A stretch of DNA of 64,000 nucleotides from an uncultured Holophagae bacterium (GTDB taxonomy: Bacteria > Acidobacteriota > Thermoanaerobaculia > Thermoanaerobaculales > Sulfomarinibacteraceae), in NCBI GenBank assembly GCA_963801995.1, contig CAWDGW010000017.1, positions 605,544-669,543 of the forward strand, in the 5' to 3' direction. This document shows positions 45,150 to 54,483 of this stretch, piece after piece. Within the stretch, counting starts at the first letter, position 1. Every line of letters begins with the position of its first letter. Under the pieces are notes generated by a model. The model was not told the DNA's origin, ran no database searches, and was given only the letters and a program-made list of their open reading frames with translations. The position numbers and the translations under genes were made by a program.

Positions 45150-45964
45150 TGTCGTCCGCCAGAGCCCGCCGGAATCAACCCTGGCACGGCACCTTCGAGA
45201 TCGATCCGGAGACGGCCGGGTTCTGGCGGATTGGGCCCTTGCACCTGTGGGCCTATCGCGCGGTGAAGGAATGGCGGATCGCAACGATCCACAGGTCCGA
45301 CCCGGCCGCCAACATCGCCTCCGTGGAGATCCCTGCCGCGGCCGACGAGTTTCCGGCTAAAGCCGTGATGCGACGTTACGGATTCTCCGCCGCGCCGGCT
45401 GCCATATCCCTGCAGCCAATGCTCGCCGACCGGCCGGTCGTGGTGAGTCCGGAATCACCGCTGATGCTCCCGAGCGACGAGGAGATCACTCTGTACGTGA
45501 GCACGCCCGCCTGGGTGGAGATTTCGATCGGCGATCCTCCGAATCCGGTGTTGGAGGTGCCCCTTCTCCGACCCTCGGACACCTGGTTCGGACCCTCAAC
45601 AATGTACGGTGAGCTCTGCTACGCGGTACGGACTAGTGCCAGACTCAAGCTTGAAAACCTACCGGTCCGGCCCCACCGGATAGTGTCAACGGTTCGGATC
45701 ACCAACCACGGAAACACGAACCTGGCCTTCGAACGCATGAAGATACCGGCGCTCCAGATGTCGGTATACAGCGCCGCCGACGGACAGCTCTGGACGCAGA
45801 CCGTGAATCTCGAGAGGTACGAGGACCAACGGACGGCGACGGTCCGACTCGGCAGCGGGCCGCCACCGCAGGCGGTCGACCCGGCCCTGCTCCACGGCCC
45901 CAGGTTGGTCGCGGAGAAGAACTTGCTGACCAGCGCCTTCAGCGGCTTGATTCCGTGGGGTTGA
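45149..45964 (+). CDS. conserved-looking hypothetical protein, no family recognised
   Basis: ATG overlaps the corA stop (TGATG). 271 aa, soluble, no obvious motifs. Followed 3 nt later by an MscS gene. Confidence 0.6.
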   Translation: MSSARARRNQPWHGTFEIDPETAGFWRIGPLHLWAYRAVKEWRIATIHRSDPAANIASVEIPAAADEFPAKAVMRRYGFSAAPAAISLQPMLADRPVVVSPESPLMLPSDEEITLYVSTPAWVEISIGDPPNPVLEVPLLRPSDTWFGPSTMYGELCYAVRTSARLKLENLPVRPHRIVSTVRITNHGNTNLAFERMKIPALQMSVYSAADGQLWTQTVNLERYEDQRTATVRLGSGPPPQAVDPALLHGPRLVAEKNLLTSAFSGLIPWG

Positions 45965-45967
45965 TGA

Positions 45968-46855
45968 ATGGACTGGACGACTTTATTTGGTATCGATGGG
46001 CTCTTATCGACAGAGCGAATCCTGACCGTGGTCCGAGTTCTCGCGACCCTGGTCATTGGCCTGCTCCTCGCCCGCTTCCTGGCGCGCGGCGTGGGGAAGC
46101 TCATCTCCACCCAAGCCGGACGACAGCAAACCATGCTGGCCCGCCGACTCACCTTTTACGTCGTTGGATCGCTGGTGGTCCTCTCAGCCCTCGCCCAACT
46201 CGGAATCAACCTGAGCTTTCTCCTCGGCGCCGCCGGAATCCTCACGGTTGCCCTCGGATTCGCGTCCCAGACCTCGGCCTCGAATCTGATCAGCGGGCTG
46301 TTCCTGATGGCGGAGCGGCCGTTCGTGGTGGGAGATATTCTGAATATCGGCGATGTCACCGGTGAGGTTCTGGCGATCGACCTGCTGTCCGTGAAGATCC
46401 GGCGGTTCGACAACTCGCTGGTGAGGATCCCGAACGAGAACATCATCAAGGACCGCCTCACCAACCTCACCCATTTCCCGATCCGCAGGATCGATGTCCT
46501 TCTCGGCGTCGCTTACAAGGAGGACATCGAGCGAGTTCGGAAGGTCCTCCACGAGGTCGCCGACGCCAACCCCGAGTGCCTCGACGAACCGAAACCTCAA
46601 TTCTTCTTTGAGGGCTTCGGTGACTCCGCGTTGACCATGCGATTCGGCGTGTGGACCCGCAAGGAATCGTTCTACCAGGTCAAGAACGACGTCCACATCA
46701 AGATCAAGGAAGCGCTCGATCGGGAGGGCATCGAGATCCCATTCCCCCACCGGACATTGTATGCCGGCAGCGTCACCGATCCCTTCCCGGTAGCCATCGT
46801 GAACGACACGAAAAACCCGAATCCCATTCCGGATTCTCCCGGAGACCCCCGATGA
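45968..46855 (+). CDS. MscS-family small-conductance mechanosensitive channel
   Basis: 295 aa. 3 TM plus ASNLISGLFLMAERPFVVGDILNIGDVTGEVLAIDLLSVKIR core. Confidence 0.88.
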   Translation: MDWTTLFGIDGLLSTERILTVVRVLATLVIGLLLARFLARGVGKLISTQAGRQQTMLARRLTFYVVGSLVVLSALAQLGINLSFLLGAAGILTVALGFASQTSASNLISGLFLMAERPFVVGDILNIGDVTGEVLAIDLLSVKIRRFDNSLVRIPNENIIKDRLTNLTHFPIRRIDVLLGVAYKEDIERVRKVLHEVADANPECLDEPKPQFFFEGFGDSALTMRFGVWTRKESFYQVKNDVHIKIKEALDREGIEIPFPHRTLYAGSVTDPFPVAIVNDTKNPNPIPDSPGDPR

Positions 46856-47880
46856 TCGCCCTGCTCTCCCTCGGGAAGCGAAGGCCGTCGCCACCAATCC
46901 CACCCTGGGCGTTTGCCCTGGCTTTGGTTCCCGACGAATCGTTCTCGGACCGTTTTGGCGCCTTGGTGCAGCAAGCCCTGGCGGTCTGGAACTACCAGCT
47001 CACGTCAATCGACGGCAGACCCATGACAGTGGGCAAAGTGACCATCGCTCTCCTCGTGCTGACCCTGGGCCTGCCGGTGGCACGACTCGTCACCCGGCGG
47101 ATCGCCCATCGGCTGTTCAAGCGTATCGGGATGGAACTTGGAGCGGCGGCGGCTTTCGAGACCCTCGCTTTCTACGTCGTGGTGGTTGGGCTCGGACTGT
47201 TTGCACTCTGGGTGGCGGAGATCCCTCTGACGGTGTTCACCCTCGCCGGCGGCGCGCTCGCCATCGGGATCGGTTTCGGCAGCCAGAACATTCTGAACAA
47301 CTTCATCAGCGGCCTCATCATCCTCGTCGAACGGCCGATCAAGGTCGGCGACCTGATCGAGGTGGGAGAGACCTTCGGCCGGGTGGAGAACATCGGTGCC
47401 CGAAGCACCGAAGTGAAGAACTCGGACAACTTCCACATCATCATCCCAAACAGCGCCTTTCTCGAAAACAACGTGATCAACTGGACCCACGAAGACAATC
47501 TCGTGAGGATCAGCCTGAGCGTTGGAGTCGCCTACGGGTCGCCGACGAAACGGGTCGAAGAGCTGCTCCTGCAAGCTATCGCAGAGCACCCGAGGACCGT
47601 GTCGCCTCCGGAGCCGATGGTCCTGTTCGACGAATTCGGGGACAACTCGCTCTGTTTTAACGCGCTGTTCTGGATCAAAATGCAGCGGCACATGGACCGC
47701 CGCCGAGCCTTGAGCGACGTCCGGCACCGCGTCGATGAGTTGTTCCACCAGGACGCCATCGTCATTGCGTTCCCGCAGCGGGACGTGCACCTTGATTCGC
47801 TGAGTCCCCTCACGGTCAGGCTAGAGGCTGATGATCATTTTGACTCATCCACCACATCTCGTGGCTCCTCGGGGGAATGA
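46852..47880 (+). CDS. MscS-family mechanosensitive channel
   Basis: Start ATG 46852 overlaps the upstream stop (ATGA). SQNILNNFISGLIILVERPIKVGDLIEVGETFGRVENIGARSTEV core. Confidence 0.85.
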   Translation: MIALLSLGKRRPSPPIPPWAFALALVPDESFSDRFGALVQQALAVWNYQLTSIDGRPMTVGKVTIALLVLTLGLPVARLVTRRIAHRLFKRIGMELGAAAAFETLAFYVVVVGLGLFALWVAEIPLTVFTLAGGALAIGIGFGSQNILNNFISGLIILVERPIKVGDLIEVGETFGRVENIGARSTEVKNSDNFHIIIPNSAFLENNVINWTHEDNLVRISLSVGVAYGSPTKRVEELLLQAIAEHPRTVSPPEPMVLFDEFGDNSLCFNALFWIKMQRHMDRRRALSDVRHRVDELFHQDAIVIAFPQRDVHLDSLSPLTVRLEADDHFDSSTTSRGSSGE

Positions 47881-48839
47881 CACCGATGCACTTCCTTGGC
47901 ACGCTCTCCAATTGGGTTCAAGACCTCCTCAATCTCGAAACCGCAGCCAGCCAACGCCTGCTCACGTCCTGCCTGATCCTGGTCACGATCTTCGTGTTGA
48001 GGTGGCTGGTGCTGGCCCTGGTCAACCGCAGACACGACGATGTGAAGATCCGCTACCGGTGGAAAAAGACCAGTCAGTACGTGGCGGCGGTGGTGGCGGT
48101 CCTCATGTTGGGGCGCGTCTGGTTCGAGGGTTTTCAGTCCGTGGCCACCTATTTCGGCATCCTCTCCGCCGGCCTCGCCATCGCCCTCAAGGAGCTGGTG
48201 GCCAACTTCGTCGGTTGGGCGTTCATACTGTGGCGGCGGCCCTTCGAGGTGGGCGACCGGATCCAAATCGGCGACGTGTCAGGCGACGTGATCGACCTCC
48301 GCATCTTCCAGTTCACCGTACTCGAGATCGGCAACTGGGTGGACGCCGACCAGAGCACCGGTCGGGTCATCCACATCAACAACGGAGCGGTGTTCACCCA
48401 GAACCTGGCCAACTACAGCAAGGGTTTTCAGTTCATCTGGAACGAGATCCCGGTGCTCGTCACCTTCGAGAGCGACTGGCGGAAGGCCCGGGAGATCCTG
48501 TCCGAGATTGCCAATCATCATGGCCAGGACCTCAGCGACGCCGCTCAGGAGCGACTGCGCGAAGCCGCGAGGCGGTTCATGATCTTCTACACCAAGCTCA
48601 CCCCGGCGGTGTTCACCACGGTCAAGGACTGCGGCGTGATGCTCACCATCCGCTATCTCTGCGACCCGAGGCGACGGCGCGGCACCGAACAGGCCATCTG
48701 GGAGGACATCCTGGACGCTTTCGCCGCCACCGACGACATCGACTTCGCCTACCCCACCCAGCGCTTCTACCACAACGCCTCGAGGGCAAACCGGGCGCCC
48801 GGGCGGAATTCCGCCGGGCTCGGATGGTCGTTGAGCTGA
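47877..48839 (+). CDS. MscS-family mechanosensitive channel (divergent, YbdG-like)
   Basis: ATGA overlap with the upstream gene. LKELVANFVGWAFILWRRPFEVGDRIQIGDVSGDVIDLRIFQFTVLE core. Confidence 0.8.
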   Translation: MTPMHFLGTLSNWVQDLLNLETAASQRLLTSCLILVTIFVLRWLVLALVNRRHDDVKIRYRWKKTSQYVAAVVAVLMLGRVWFEGFQSVATYFGILSAGLAIALKELVANFVGWAFILWRRPFEVGDRIQIGDVSGDVIDLRIFQFTVLEIGNWVDADQSTGRVIHINNGAVFTQNLANYSKGFQFIWNEIPVLVTFESDWRKAREILSEIANHHGQDLSDAAQERLREAARRFMIFYTKLTPAVFTTVKDCGVMLTIRYLCDPRRRRGTEQAIWEDILDAFAATDDIDFAYPTQRFYHNASRANRAPGRNSAGLGWSLS

Positions 48840-48878
48840 ATTCCGCCTCGTTGAGTTATCGGAAGTTGAGGAGTCGGG

Positions 48879-48952
48879 GCAGCAATCAGGCGCAGCGGCA
48901 AGTGACAGCGACAGGGGCCGGTGGCGGCGTCAGGTGACGGCGACAGCGTCAG
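48879..48952. repeat. CAGCGAC-type micro-repeat array
   Basis: gcagcaatcaggcgcagcggcaagtgacagcgacagg...gtgacggcgacagcgtcag. Shares gacggcgacag with 34362-34372. Confidence 0.75.
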
Positions 48953-48979
48953 AACGGGATGGCTGGTGAATAATGCGGA

Positions 48980-50287
48980 CTAAAGCGCGCTCGCCGCGAG
49001 GGTGGCGAGGCCGAGGAAGCTCAGGAACCCGAATACGTCCGTCACGGTCGTCAATATGATGGAAGAGGCCTGGGCCGGATCCTGGCCGGCAACTGTCAAA
49101 ACGATGGGAATGACCGAACCCGCCAGGCCGGCGATCATCATCGAAAACACCATCGAGACACCGATCACCGCCGCCAGCCCCGCCGACCGGCTCCAACCGT
49201 AGACCGCCGCGCTCGTCACCAATGCGACGGCGACTCCATTGATCGCACCCACCAGCGATTCCTTGACCGCGACCCTGAGGGCATGACGGACCCGGATCTC
49301 CCGCAGGGCAAGTCCCCTCATCGTCACAGCCAAAGCCTGGGCCCCGGTATTGCCGGACTGGCCGGCGACCACCGGCAACAGCACGGCCAGGGCGGTGAAC
49401 CGGGCGATGGTGTCCTCGAAGAGGCCTACCACGAAAGACGCGAGGAAAGCGGTCAACAGGTTCACCTGGAGCCAGGGGAGACGTTTCCGGACCGCGAATC
49501 GGACCGGCGACAGCGCCCTCTCGTCACGGCTCGCGCCCACCATGGTCTGAATGTCGACCGTCGCCTCCTGCTCCACCGCCTCCACCAGAGTTTCGTTTCG
49601 AATCAGACCGACCAGACGTCCTTCCAGATCCACCACCGGCAGTGCCAGCATCCGGTGGCCCTCGAGGGTCTCAACCACCTCTGATTTTGAAGCGGTGGCC
49701 AGAACCGAGACCGGAGGATCCGTAATCAGGGTCCCGAGCGCCTGATCCGGGTCGGCAATGGCGATCTCCTGCAGGGTCACTCGACCCAGGTAAACGCCTT
49801 GCCGGTCCACCACGTAGAGGCTATTGACACGGCGGTCCCGCATCCGCCGCAGGCGTTCCAGGGCCTCCTGCGCTGTACCCTCCAGAGTGGAGACCACCAC
49901 TCGCGGATCCATCATCGAGCCGGCCGAGTCCGGTGGGTAGCTCAGCAATCCCCGAATCTCGCGCTCAATCGGAGGGTCGGCGTCGGCCAGGATCGATTCC
50001 CGGAGGTCATCGGGCAGCCGCGACAGGAGATTGGCCGACCGGACCGCATCGAGGGCCGCGAGCGTTCTCCGCCGGTGGGTCGCGGGCAACAGTGCCAGGA
50101 CATCGGCAGCGAGGTCCGGTCGGAGCCGATCCAGGATGGCTGTCGCGCCCCAGTCATCCTCCCGTTCCACGACAGCGGCGATATCCGCCACCGGCAACCC
50201 ATCCAGCACCACCGCCGCTTCATCTGGAAAGGACCGCAGGTAGGTGTGCGCCAGACTCGATGCCGCGGGGATGATCTCATCGTTCAT
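48980..50287 (-). CDS. mgtE: MgtE Mg2+ transporter (MgtE-N, CBS pair, membrane domain)
   Basis: Start set at MNDEIIP (ATG 50287, AAGGAG RBS). The CBS region is followed by the MgtE membrane core LLPVVAGQSGNTGAQALAVTMRGLAL. Confidence 0.9.
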   Translation of the reverse strand: MNDEIIPAASSLAHTYLRSFPDEAAVVLDGLPVADIAAVVEREDDWGATAILDRLRPDLAADVLALLPATHRRRTLAALDAVRSANLLSRLPDDLRESILADADPPIEREIRGLLSYPPDSAGSMMDPRVVVSTLEGTAQEALERLRRMRDRRVNSLYVVDRQGVYLGRVTLQEIAIADPDQALGTLITDPPVSVLATASKSEVVETLEGHRMLALPVVDLEGRLVGLIRNETLVEAVEQEATVDIQTMVGASRDERALSPVRFAVRKRLPWLQVNLLTAFLASFVVGLFEDTIARFTALAVLLPVVAGQSGNTGAQALAVTMRGLALREIRVRHALRVAVKESLVGAINGVAVALVTSAAVYGWSRSAGLAAVIGVSMVFSMMIAGLAGSVIPIVLTVAGQDPAQASSIILTTVTDVFGFLSFLGLATLAASAL

Positions 50288-51119
50288 CGTACTCTCCTTG
50301 TTGCAGGTCGTCGGTCGCGCCCGTCCCGAGGGCTTCAATCAGCGACGACAGCCCGTTCCAGTACACCTCGCCGAGATCGAGGAGCGTGGCCAGCGGCGGT
50401 CTTGCTGAACCGGGGGGTTCTGGGGTTTCAACGCCGCCTCGAATATCTTTGTGGCGGAGCACTCCCACGTACACTCCTGCCCCATCCACCACCGGCAGGG
50501 CCTCGAATTCGCGCCACGATTCGTGACCACGAATCGTGGCCACCGGCACTCTTGCGGGGATCCGAATGACCTCGGTGGTGGAGAGCGAAGACACCGCTGC
50601 CCCTCCCGCCCCAGCCGAGAGATCCCGGCGGTGGACCACGCCTGCCAGACGCTGTTCACGATCCACCAAATACAGATACGGAATGCGATGGTCAGATTCG
50701 CGCCGCCGGACATCGTCAACATTCATATCCAACGGCACCGGAGCGATCGACGAGTCCATGACAGCTCCAACCGCCCCCTCGGGGAAGCGCAACAACCGGG
50801 ACAGTCTTCCAGCGACCCCGGCCGGGAGCGACTCGAGAACGCGGGTTCGGATTTCCTCGTCCATGTGCCGAAGCACCGCCACTGAAGCTCGAGTCGGCAG
50901 CAGAGAGAGGAGGGAGGTCCACTGGTCGCGGTCCGACCTCGCCAGCACCTCGGCAGCCTGGGCCGGCGCCATCCTGCTGAGGACGCCGGCCCCCTGTTCG
51001 GGCGTCAGCTGTGACAGCAGAAAGACCGCACCTTCAGGGGCGACGGTTTCCAGCCGCCTCGCGGCCGCAACGGGATAATCAATCGCGAACCGGATGGCCA
51101 GACTAAGGATGCCATCCAT
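50277..51119 (-). CDS. soluble MgtE-N plus CBS-pair protein (no membrane domain)
   Basis: 280 aa. MgtE N-terminal-like helical repeats (AAEVLARS...LLSLLP...VAVLRHMDEE) then a CBS pair. 11-nt overlap with mgtE. Confidence 0.7.
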   Translation of the reverse strand: MDGILSLAIRFAIDYPVAAARRLETVAPEGAVFLLSQLTPEQGAGVLSRMAPAQAAEVLARSDRDQWTSLLSLLPTRASVAVLRHMDEEIRTRVLESLPAGVAGRLSRLLRFPEGAVGAVMDSSIAPVPLDMNVDDVRRRESDHRIPYLYLVDREQRLAGVVHRRDLSAGAGGAAVSSLSTTEVIRIPARVPVATIRGHESWREFEALPVVDGAGVYVGVLRHKDIRGGVETPEPPGSARPPLATLLDLGEVYWNGLSSLIEALGTGATDDLQQGEYDER

Positions 51120-51120
51120 C

Positions 51121-51939
51121 TCAGACCTGCCTCGTCAGCAGAACCACCGTGGACTCCTGGAATCTGACGGCGGGCACCGCGACCGTGCCGTCCACCGTCT
51201 CCAGAATCACCGCGGTCGAACCTATCTCCACCACGATGCCCTCGACGCCGTCGATCCTTATGGATTGACCGACCCGAAAGAGCTTGGCCGCATACCGCGC
51301 TGCGATCAGGTTCGCCACCGATCCACGGGCACCGAATCCGAAGGCCAGCGCAACTGCGGCAAGTACCGACCCCACCGTCACGGCAATCGTCAACTCGAGC
51401 ACCCTGCCGTTGATGCCAAGCTGCTCCAGGGCAACCACGATCGCGACGACCACGATGAGTCCGTGGACCACCGAGGCCAGTGCAGCGGCCTGGGCGATCC
51501 TTGCATCCCGAGCGGTCCGCGCCACGGCCGTCCTGGCCAGCCACGCCACCACCAGCCCTCCAAGGAGCATGGCCGCCGCCGCAACCAGGTTCGGCACGTA
51601 CACTGCGAGCCGCCCGATGAGATCGGTCACCACCGGCAGTCCGACAATCTCCACAGCAGCCGCCGAAAATCCAAGGAAGATGACCCAGAAAACCAGCATG
51701 CCCACGAGAACCGGTGCCACCGTGATGGCACCACTGGCCTCGAAGGCGCTTCGAATAGCCGCGGCCGACTCGAGCCTGGAGAGCAGACGCGAGGTGGTCG
51801 CGCGGGCCCACCGACCAAAGAGTTTGGCCAGAACCCAACCGACGAAGACCAGGAGCAGCGACCCCGCCACCGTCGGCAGGTAACCGACCGCAACCGACAC
51901 AGAACTGCGAATCACCTCGATCCAGGGTGTGTACCACAT
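51121..51939 (-). CDS. MscS-like protein with conserved-TM-helix repeats
   Basis: 272 aa. Repeated TM-helix modules and a C-terminal beta domain FRVGQSIRIDGVEGIVVEIGSTAVILETVDG. Confidence 0.7.
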   Translation of the reverse strand: MWYTPWIEVIRSSVSVAVGYLPTVAGSLLLVFVGWVLAKLFGRWARATTSRLLSRLESAAAIRSAFEASGAITVAPVLVGMLVFWVIFLGFSAAAVEIVGLPVVTDLIGRLAVYVPNLVAAAAMLLGGLVVAWLARTAVARTARDARIAQAAALASVVHGLIVVVAIVVALEQLGINGRVLELTIAVTVGSVLAAVALAFGFGARGSVANLIAARYAAKLFRVGQSIRIDGVEGIVVEIGSTAVILETVDGTVAVPAVRFQESTVVLLTRQV

Positions 51940-51998
51940 GAAGTTTTCCTTTCAGAGGATGGGAACGCTCACCTACAATCATCTCACGGAGGACTATC

Positions 51999-53348
51999 AT
52001 GACTGCCGGCCCGCCGATCGAGTTCGTTCCAGTAGCGGTGCGTCTCGGAGCCACGTTGTTTTTCGTCTTGCTCAATGGTTTCTTCGTCGCCGCGGAGTTC
52101 GCGCTGGTCAAGGTTCGGCGGTCCCGAATCGAGGCACTCGCAGACAGCGGCAACACCGGCGCCCGGGTCACGAACACCATTCTCAATCATCTCGACCTCT
52201 ACCTGTCCGGCTGCCAGTTCGGCATTACGGTGTCCAGCCTGATTCTGGGCTGGCTCGCCGAGCCAGCGGTCGCCACTCTGCTGGTGGCCGGTGCCAACGC
52301 GGCTGGATGGCCGGTGGCGCAGAGCGGACTGTTGCACGTGGTGGCACTCGCAATCGCCCTGACCATCATCACCACCCTGCACATGACCCTGGGCGAGCAG
52401 GCCCCCAAGATATGGGCCATTCAACGGGCCGAGGCCACCAGTCTGATCATTGCCAGGCCCCTGCAGCTGTTCACCTTTCTCTTTCGACCGCTGATCTGGG
52501 TCATCAATCAGATCTCCAACTGGATGCTCCGGCTGGTGGGGATCACCGCCTCCGCGCAGCACGAAGCCACCTTCAACGCTGAGGAACTTCGAGCGGTTCT
52601 CGCTTCATCTGCCCACGCGGGCGCTATCTCTGCTCGTCAGCGACAGTTTGCCGAGAACATTCTCAGCTTCGTCAACCTCCAGGTGCGACATATCCTGGTT
52701 CCCCGATTGGACGTGGTGTGGCTGTCGTCGCAAGACCCGGTGGAGGAGAACCTCGCCGTCATCCGGACCAGCGCCCACTCCCGATTCCCACTCTGCGAGG
52801 AGGATCTGGACTCGGTGATCGGCATCGTCCACACCAAGACCATCATGGCGGTTCTCGGCACCAAGGAGCCGGTGGATCTCGTGGCGATAGCGAGGGAGCC
52901 GGTCTACATCCCCGACACCCAGCCCCTCGGCCGCATGATCGTCCATCTCCAGCGCGCCCGGGTCAAGTCGGCCATCGTGTTGGACGATCACGGAACGGCC
53001 ATCGGCATGGCCTTCTTGGAGGATGCCCTCGAGGAGATCGTCGGGCCGATCCAGGACGAGTTCGACGACGACGAGCCGGAAATCAGCCGTCCCGAACCGA
53101 ACGTGATCGAGCTCCCAGGTGACACCCCGCTACCCGAGGCCGTCGACCTCCTCGGATTGGACGACAGCGGCACCGACGACACCATCGGCGGACATGTGGT
53201 GTCCGTCCTGAGACGCCTTCCCAAGGTCGGCGACAAGCTGACGATGGGCCACCACCGGGTCACGGTCATCGAGGTTTCTCAGCGGCGGGTGAAACGGCTG
53301 AGATTCGAACCGATTCCGCCCGGGGACGCCGGCGCTGACGCGAATTGA
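51999..53348 (+). CDS. CNNM/CorB-type hemolysin-family protein (DUF21 - CBS pair - CorC_HlyC)
   Basis: 449 aa. FFVAAEFALVKVRRSRIE DUF21 signature, CBS pair, and C-terminal transporter-associated domain GHVVSVLRRLPKVGD...RVKRLRF. GGAGGA RBS. Confidence 0.88.
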   Translation: MTAGPPIEFVPVAVRLGATLFFVLLNGFFVAAEFALVKVRRSRIEALADSGNTGARVTNTILNHLDLYLSGCQFGITVSSLILGWLAEPAVATLLVAGANAAGWPVAQSGLLHVVALAIALTIITTLHMTLGEQAPKIWAIQRAEATSLIIARPLQLFTFLFRPLIWVINQISNWMLRLVGITASAQHEATFNAEELRAVLASSAHAGAISARQRQFAENILSFVNLQVRHILVPRLDVVWLSSQDPVEENLAVIRTSAHSRFPLCEEDLDSVIGIVHTKTIMAVLGTKEPVDLVAIAREPVYIPDTQPLGRMIVHLQRARVKSAIVLDDHGTAIGMAFLEDALEEIVGPIQDEFDDDEPEISRPEPNVIELPGDTPLPEAVDLLGLDDSGTDDTIGGHVVSVLRRLPKVGDKLTMGHHRVTVIEVSQRRVKRLRFEPIPPGDAGADAN

Positions 53349-53395
53349 AAATTGAAGATTTTCCCCCGACTCTTGATTTTCGATTTTCGATTCGA
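53342..53395. repeat. inverted heptamer arrays forming an imperfect hairpin between convergent genes
   Basis: gaattgaaaattgaagatttt-cccccgact-cttgattttcgattttcgattcg. Confidence 0.8.
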
Positions 53396-53439
53396 CAATC
53401 CCGACCAGCACAACGGTTCGACCGACCTACTTCCGACGG

Positions 53440-54483
53440 TCAGAGCGTGTTCATCTCCACATTGCCGAAGTTCCGACCGTAAAACTGCATGTAGTCCACC
53501 TTGCGCGCCATGGCGTCCACAACGACCCGCGAGAAGTTGACCTTGGTGAGCTTCTGGGCGCTGCCCAGGCCGCCCGGGCTGAAGACGTTGATCTCCATCA
53601 ACTTGTCTCCAACCACGTCGAGCCCCACCAGGAACATGCCGTCCTGCACGAGCTTGGGACGGACGATTTCGGCGAGCCGGAGGGCCTCATGCGTGACCTC
53701 GGCGGCGGCCAACTTGCCGCCCGCGTGAATGTTGCTGCGCATGTCGTCGCCCGTGCGGACCCTTCGGAACGCCGCATACTTACCCTTCACCTGCAGGGGC
53801 CGCCCATTCATCATGAACAGCCGCGTATCGCCCTCATGGGCTGCCGGTAGGTACTCCTGCGCAATCACGAAGCCATCCCGCGACACCGCGTCGATCATCT
53901 GGTTGAGATTCGACAGATCGTCAGGCCGCACCAAAAACACGCTGGCGCCTCCCGAACCCTGCAGCGGTTTGAGCACGATCGTGCCCAGCTCTTTCGCGAA
54001 CGCTCTGATTTCTTTGTTGTCCCGGGTGATCAGGGTGCGGGGTCGAACTTCTTCCGGGAACAACTGCAGGTACATCTTGGACGAGGCCTTGGCAAGTCCG
54101 TTCGGATCGTTCAGCACGATCACGCCGCGACGCAAAGCCACCCGCCCGAATTCGGTGGCCACGGTTGTGGCCCATGGACGCGATATGGCGTCATCGGACG
54201 GGACGTTGCGCAACATCAGCACGTCGAGTTCATCGACGGTCACCCTCGATCTGACCGCCTTCGGGCCCTGAAGGTCCTTGAAGAAACTCTCGTTGGATCC
54301 GTAGGTTTTTTTCGCCACGGTCGTCGCCCGCGCCCGCACGTGTTCGTCCGAATCGTAGGCCACATCGCCCACGCCGAAAAAGTACGCTTCGTGGCCCTGA
54401 TTGATGGCCTCGCACCCGAGCCGGATTGTGGTAAATCCGGCCTTTTCAGTCTTCACGTCGTTGACCAAGAAACCAATCTTCAT
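53440..54483 (-). CDS. glutathione-synthetase-like ATP-grasp ligase
   Basis: 347 aa, collinear with prokaryotic GshB by eye: MKIGFLVND..., VLMLR, LKPLQGSGGASVF, AQEYLP...GDTRLFMMNG, NIHAGG, FLVGLDVVGDKLMEINVFSPGG. ATGA overlap with the upstream gene. Confidence 0.8.
   Translation of the reverse strand: MKIGFLVNDVKTEKAGFTTIRLGCEAINQGHEAYFFGVGDVAYDSDEHVRARATTVAKKTYGSNESFFKDLQGPKAVRSRVTVDELDVLMLRNVPSDDAISRPWATTVATEFGRVALRRGVIVLNDPNGLAKASSKMYLQLFPEEVRPRTLITRDNKEIRAFAKELGTIVLKPLQGSGGASVFLVRPDDLSNLNQMIDAVSRDGFVIAQEYLPAAHEGDTRLFMMNGRPLQVKGKYAAFRRVRTGDDMRSNIHAGGKLAAAEVTHEALRLAEIVRPKLVQDGMFLVGLDVVGDKLMEINVFSPGGLGSAQKLTKVNFSRVVVDAMARKVDYMQFYGRNFGNVEMNTL

Noticed and set aside
47831-48937. 368-aa ORF in an alternative frame of the third MscS gene
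   Set aside because: It gives an Arg/Pro/Gly/His-rich translation without motifs. The overlapping frame 47877-48839 has a clear MscS core and ATGA coupling.
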